The position numbers were made by a program, and so were the translations under genes. Below the pieces are notes generated by a model, which saw nothing but the letters and a program-made list of their open reading frames with translations, was not told the DNA's origin and made no database searches. 64,000 nucleotides of DNA from an uncultured Verrucomicrobiae bacterium (GTDB lineage Bacteria > Verrucomicrobiota > Verrucomicrobiia > Chthoniobacterales > JAFAMB01). Where the stretch lies: contig CAWIPH010000002.1 in NCBI GenBank assembly GCA_963837955.1, forward strand, positions 1 to 64,000, given 5' to 3'. Positions 59,213 through 64,000 of the stretch are shown here, piece after piece. The stretch's first letter is position 1, and each line of letters opens with the position of its first letter.

Positions 59213-60175
59213 ATGAGCTTGATTCCTAAACTGGACGTTCGCCGCTCGCAGAACATTAGGCCTGAATTCAGAGCAGCGATGGACTCCTGGCTAACCGAGG
59301 AAATCGGGAAGCGAAAATGGTATCATCGCATGGATCTCGGGAATGGAGTTACAACGCCGGGTTTTCCTTGGGAGTGGCTATGGGAAACGACTCGGGAAGC
59401 GAGAAGGACTATTGACTACAAAAACAAGACAGTCCTTGATTTGGCTTCATGGGACGGTATGTGGGCGTTCGAGGCCGAAATGCTAGGCGCAGCCTTTGTG
59501 GTCGCCACTGATTGTATGAACACCTGGCAAATGCCGTGGCACCAAGGAATGAACAATCTATTGCTCGTTCGTGAGGCCATCTTTAGCGAAGTAGTACCGC
59601 TTTTTAACGTGGCTCCGTACGTTCTGCGGGATAGACTGAACAACGTCCTTTATTCACATCCTTTGTTGAAGGATGGATTCGACGTTGTCCAACATCTTGG
59701 GTTGCTCTATCACCAAAGAGATCCATTCTTTTCCCTCGCTCAAGCGCGATCGGTTTTGAAAGAAGGAGGAACGCTTCTCCTCGAAACGGCGGTCAGTCCG
59801 GGCGATTCGATGACTATGCAGCTCAATGCCGGATCGGGCGCATTTTATGAAGATTTTACGACGTGGTGGGCGCCTACCTTGCCGTGTTTGAGGGAGATGT
59901 TGCGTTTGTCGTTTCTTGAGTTGGAAGAAGCCAGTGTGGTTCAGGCCGGTTCCTCAGAGGCGGTCTTTAGGGCGGCTCTGCGAGCCAAATCGGTGAAGCC
60001 TACGAATGCCCTGGGTGAGCGCTATAACCTCGACCCTTCCTATGGGCATGGCTTCGGTGATCATCTCATTGGAGAACTCCCGTCAAACGATGAAGCGGCT
60101 TTATTGGCATTCTACGAAGCAAAGCGTAGAAAGACTGATTTCGAGGAGAGAAACAGAGACGGTAACCAGACTTAG
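59213..60175 (+). CDS. DUF1698/CmoB-like SAM-dependent methyltransferase
   Basis: WYH..DLGNGV.TPG, KTVLDLASWDGMWAFEAE..GA, LGLLYH.RDP, WW.PT. Confidence 0.82.
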   Translation: MSLIPKLDVRRSQNIRPEFRAAMDSWLTEEIGKRKWYHRMDLGNGVTTPGFPWEWLWETTREARRTIDYKNKTVLDLASWDGMWAFEAEMLGAAFVVATDCMNTWQMPWHQGMNNLLLVREAIFSEVVPLFNVAPYVLRDRLNNVLYSHPLLKDGFDVVQHLGLLYHQRDPFFSLAQARSVLKEGGTLLLETAVSPGDSMTMQLNAGSGAFYEDFTTWWAPTLPCLREMLRLSFLELEEASVVQAGSSEAVFRAALRAKSVKPTNALGERYNLDPSYGHGFGDHLIGELPSNDEAALLAFYEAKRRKTDFEERNRDGNQT

Positions 60176-60610
60176 GTTGATCTGGTGGCAAATTGACCGA
60201 TAGACCAATCGAAGTTAGCGATTGAATAGACGGCCCTCCAGACGAGATCGATGACCTCAAATGCCCACTACCCCCTTAATGGGCAAGGTCAGAAGTGCGC
60301 TGGGTTTCGTTTCTTAGCACCTCTCCACTAGTTCCTCTAGAAGAGGGAAGCCATCTCGGTGTCCGGCAAACACCCCACGAAGCCCCTCGATCGCGCCTTG
60401 AGCTTCACGACGAATAGCCAACGGTCTGCCACTCCAAAAACGGGGCTAGAAGACAGGAAGCGGAACAACTAAATATCCTGCATTCCCGCCCCGTCCCATA
60501 TTGAACATCTCATTTTTCAGGCGAAGCAATCATTCGGGCCGCGCTCAACGGATGTTTTGAAAGTATTTGCATTTCGAGCTGCCGCGATCTTCTCTCGGTA
60601 CAGTTTCCTT

Positions 60611-62125
60611 ATGTCCCGAAAAGTAACTCTTTTGCTTGTTTTGGCTTTTGCATTTCTTGCCACGCTTCAGTGGCTGCCTTTGCTGCAGGCAAAGTGGTCC
60701 ATTCGGAACGACCACGCGTTTATCCAGTTAATGAGTGCTTCCGGAAGAATATCAATGAGTGATTTCTGGCAGCAGCTCAACCCTCCTGATCAGGCCCTTG
60801 GCGGATTAGTAAACCGCCCGATTTACTTCATCGTGCATGATGTTTGGATGCTGGTGATTGGGAAAAACCTCATCCCGTGGCAAAGCGCGAAAGTTCTAAC
60901 GTTTGGAGCTGAAATCGGTCTCTTTTTTTTATTCTTTGTGCTTTCGACGGATCTCACAGCAGCCGTAATACTCGGCTGCTTTGTCGCTTTCCAACCGGAT
61001 TGGGGAGATATTGTGGCGCTTGCTAACTCCGAACTGTTTGCACTCTTCGGTCTTGTTTTGTATGCGATCGGCAATCTTGGTTTTCTGCAAAACCGCGGTG
61101 CAAGCTCCCGGCAGCAAAGCCAGCCGAAAAATCTTACCAACTATCTCTTGGTCGCTATTGGGGGAATCGTCGCCGTCGCTTCGAAGGAGAATTTCTGTTT
61201 CACGATCCTCTTTACTTCCGTTTGCTTCCTCGCCTTCTCAATCGTCGTATCGAGGAAGTTTGAATTAGCCTGGGCTCAACTTGTTCCTATAGGTACGGCC
61301 ATGGTTTTTTGTGGTCTGATCATCCATGGAATCCGAGAGAATGCGGGCCAGGCTCTTTACGGCCAGACCTTCGACCTTTTCGCAATTTGTACTACTGCCT
61401 GCGCGCGATTCGTAACGGGTGGTGCGTCGGGCTGGGTGCCGGCAATTCTTTTTGCTGGTTACTCTATTTGGTTTCTAAAGGATCCTAATCGGGAGCGGTT
61501 ATCAGCAGCTCTTTTTGAGCTTCTCCTCCTGGGAGTCGTGTTACTAAATTTTGGCTTTTACACCGGTGTTCCACTGACTGGACGTTACCTCTTCCCTGAG
61601 AACTTAGTTCCGGCTTTTGCTATTCTCCCGGTGCTGCAGGAAGTACGACGGCGGTGCACCCGCATCCAGAAGATCTTATCCTATTGTCTGTTGTGGGTCT
61701 TTGTTGTTCCCACTAGCATCGCTGGTTTCAAAGCGAACATGCAATGGGCGACCAATTACCGGGACGAGACAAAGCGCTTCGATAGAAAACTGAAAAAGGT
61801 CGTTGCTGTCGTGTCCAAAGAGCCCGGAAAACCACTTCTCTTCGACAGCTATTCGATTGGCGACGTCGAACCGCTCGCTTCCGTGGACATTTATCTGACC
61901 TCCTACGGCGTTCAGAATCCGAGGTTCGCTCGACTTAATTATTCAGAGGATCAGTTTCAGGATCCACACCAAAAATTCTTGGTCCGCTATACGGAAAGTC
62001 AGATTGGTCCAAGCGCCACTTTCAGACCATTTCCAGAAATTGGGACGAAGGATTTTTTTAGAATTAGCTTTTCGTCTCCTAAAGATGAGGCAGATGTGAT
62101 CGCCAATTTTTACGGCCAAGAATAG
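60611..62125 (+). CDS. Polytopic membrane protein, possible GT-C-type glycan modification enzyme
   Basis: Many TM helices, early ND and RP motifs, SKE motif, RY..P loop, soluble C-terminus. Confidence 0.6.
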   Translation: MSRKVTLLLVLAFAFLATLQWLPLLQAKWSIRNDHAFIQLMSASGRISMSDFWQQLNPPDQALGGLVNRPIYFIVHDVWMLVIGKNLIPWQSAKVLTFGAEIGLFFLFFVLSTDLTAAVILGCFVAFQPDWGDIVALANSELFALFGLVLYAIGNLGFLQNRGASSRQQSQPKNLTNYLLVAIGGIVAVASKENFCFTILFTSVCFLAFSIVVSRKFELAWAQLVPIGTAMVFCGLIIHGIRENAGQALYGQTFDLFAICTTACARFVTGGASGWVPAILFAGYSIWFLKDPNRERLSAALFELLLLGVVLLNFGFYTGVPLTGRYLFPENLVPAFAILPVLQEVRRRCTRIQKILSYCLLWVFVVPTSIAGFKANMQWATNYRDETKRFDRKLKKVVAVVSKEPGKPLLFDSYSIGDVEPLASVDIYLTSYGVQNPRFARLNYSEDQFQDPHQKFLVRYTESQIGPSATFRPFPEIGTKDFFRISFSSPKDEADVIANFYGQE

Positions 62126-62250
62126 GACGGCGCCCACGATTCTCCTCGGGCCTTTTCCTTAGATGACTGAACCATCTCAGATTTTGGGATTCACCGGAAC
62201 GGCTTTTGCATTCTGGATTGAGGAATGCTCATATCAAGGTTTGCGATTAT

Positions 62251-62997
62251 ATGCCTAATACGATCGAGCAATTAAAGCGCATCTTAGATCAGGTAGAGGG
62301 ATTTATGCCGCCCGAGGCAATGGCCATGTGGGATACCCTTCTCGATTTTCAGAAAAAGAGCGAAGTAGCGGGCGCTCTTTTGGAGATCGGCGTTTACCAT
62401 GGAAAGTCGGCGGCGCTGCTTGGACTGCACTGCGCCGATGGCGAACAGCTTTTCCTGGTTGACCCTCGGGATCTAGGAGCCAAGGCAAATGTACGCAAAT
62501 TGGCCGGGAAGGATTCGCGTTACATCATCGGCAACTCGTCGGTTCTTCGAGAACATCCGGAGATGAAAGGGCTGGTCGGTAAATTTCGATGGCTCCACAT
62601 CGATGGCGATCACACTGGGCAAGGGGTCTTTCTGGATCTCGAAATTTGCAACCGGCTGCTCAGTGATGACGGAGTAATCTGCGTCGACGACTTCCTAAGT
62701 GCGGGTTTTCCGCAGGTAAGTGCGGTTACTTTCGAGTTTCTTCGGGATCATCCTTACGAGCTCAAACTCTTCTTGTGCGGGTACGGAAAAGGGTATCTCT
62801 GTCGCCCGAAGAAGCAGCGCGATTACATGGAATTCTTGAAAGCTAATATTGTGAAGGAGTTGCAGGCCCGGGGGATGAAGAACTTCACGATCTACAAAAC
62901 CGACTATTCTGACGTTTTCAATTGTATCGGCGTTTCACACCGTTACTTCGACCAGGATTTGTTCGGACCGTTCGGGAACCCCGACCTGAATCTGTGA
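62251..62997 (+). CDS. Class I SAM-dependent methyltransferase (Methyltransf_24-like)
   Basis: VEGF, LEIGVYHGKS, LHIDGDHT, GVICVDDF. Confidence 0.85.
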   Translation: MPNTIEQLKRILDQVEGFMPPEAMAMWDTLLDFQKKSEVAGALLEIGVYHGKSAALLGLHCADGEQLFLVDPRDLGAKANVRKLAGKDSRYIIGNSSVLREHPEMKGLVGKFRWLHIDGDHTGQGVFLDLEICNRLLSDDGVICVDDFLSAGFPQVSAVTFEFLRDHPYELKLFLCGYGKGYLCRPKKQRDYMEFLKANIVKELQARGMKNFTIYKTDYSDVFNCIGVSHRYFDQDLFGPFGNPDLNL

Positions 62998-63262
62998 TGG
63001 TACGCGGCCTTTCGAATCGACTCGTTTTTTTATTGTTCCGGAGCTCTGGCCGGTTCACCGGGGAGAAAGGAAGAAGCCAGAGACGAAAATTGGGGTTGCG
63101 CCGCGCCCTTTCCATATGATCTTCGGCAGCTACTCAAATGAGTTTGAAGTTAAAACCGCCTCAAAGCAGCAGGTTGATTGCTCCGCTCAACCGTTTCTCG
63201 CGTTGCTGGGCTATGATTGCCGCCGGGAATAGGATGTAAATTCCTGTCTTTCTGGCTCCTTA

Positions 63263-64000
63263 ATGAAAAGTCTTCTCGAGCTACCAAAGCGACAGTATCT
63301 GATCCGGCAATACCTAGCTCGTCAAATCGGCCAGCGTTACAAGGGTACAGCTTTAGGGGTTCTGTGGTCTCTAGCTTCGCCGATCTTCATGCTGCTGGTC
63401 TATACGTTTGTGTTCGCTACGGTCATGCATGCTCATTTTGGAATTTCAAAGTCCGAGACAACGCTGGACTATGGCTTGGCGCTTTTCTGTGGGTTGAACC
63501 TTTTCAATTTCTGCGGCGATGTCATCATGCGCTCTCCCTCACTAATTCTTAGTCAGCCCAACCTGGTTAAGAAAGTTGTGTTCCCGTTGGAGATTCTTCC
63601 ACTCATCAGCACGCTGGATGCCTTGGTCCATTGTGTCATTGCCTTCATTCCCCTGTTCCTAGCTCTGGCGATCTTGCACGGTACTGTGCCTTGGTCTTTT
63701 GTTTTTTTGGCCGCCTTTCTGATTCCTGCGGCGCTGATTGCGCTCGGATTAAGTCTGTTACTTTCCGCCATCGGAGTCTTTATCCGCGACGTGCAAAACA
63801 TGATGACTCCAGCAGTAACTGTCCTCATGTTCGGAAGCGCTGTCTTTTATCCCCTCGCGACCGTGCCCGACTGGATCCGGCCATGGTTTCAGTTAAATCC
63901 CTTAGCCCTGATCATTGAAAACTCCCGAAGAACTCTCATTTGGGGATTGCCCTTGGGGATACCGCAGCTTGCTTTCGCCAGCTTGTTGGGATTGGTTCTT
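63263..64000 (+). CDS. wzm: Wzm-type ABC-2 polysaccharide export permease, runs off window end (not in ORF track)
   Basis: MKSLL...RYKGTALGVLWSLASPIFMLLVYTFVF, NLVKKVVFPLEILP, GVFIRDV, VFYPL, LNPL. Confidence 0.9.
   Translation, partial: MKSLLELPKRQYLIRQYLARQIGQRYKGTALGVLWSLASPIFMLLVYTFVFATVMHAHFGISKSETTLDYGLALFCGLNLFNFCGDVIMRSPSLILSQPNLVKKVVFPLEILPLISTLDALVHCVIAFIPLFLALAILHGTVPWSFVFLAAFLIPAALIALGLSLLLSAIGVFIRDVQNMMTPAVTVLMFGSAVFYPLATVPDWIRPWFQLNPLALIIENSRRTLIWGLPLGIPQLAFASLLGLVL

Noticed and set aside
60180..60600. 420-bp gap in the glycan locus
   Set aside because: No credible ORF, repeat or RNA motif recognised.

Overview
Bacterial chromosomal window with no rRNA, tRNA, CRISPR array or intact transposase. 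Gene content and repeat style suggest a soil Verrucomicrobiota (Chthoniobacterales-like) genome; this is inference, not a database result. About 13 genes carry single-base frameshifts, mostly in 0-12 kb and 38-59 kb, which looks more like long-read indel error than decay. Blocks: (1) 0-12 kb redox/heme genes: CMD protein, truncated ClC, Mo sulfite-oxidase-family enzyme, GlxA regulator + HD protein, catalase, orphan nitrile hydratase accessory gene, CcsA/ResB maturation pair and a di-heme cytochrome c peroxidase. (2) 13-22 kb: EmrAB + LysR, a VOC protein, and a TetR-linked operon with tandem SDRs. (3) 23-26 kb: BlaI + M56/HEAT sensor. (4) 26-34 kb: probable Mg2+/phosphate homeostasis cluster (leader ORF, NRAMP-related transporter, two-component system, MgtA, Na/Pi-PhoU) with a shared GATTAA-N6-TTAAT box. 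(5) 34-64 kb: large surface-glycan locus with about seven methyltransferase-like genes, two sulfotransferases, two ABC-2 export systems and coiled-coil proteins. Intergenic DNA is full of nested REP/REPIN-like elements. The most unusual signals are a ~60-bp hairpin cassette with conserved ends and a unique 23-35 nt core, which inserts without target duplication into other hairpins and into itself, and a 221-bp tandemly duplicated non-coding structured element with a compensatory base-pair change.
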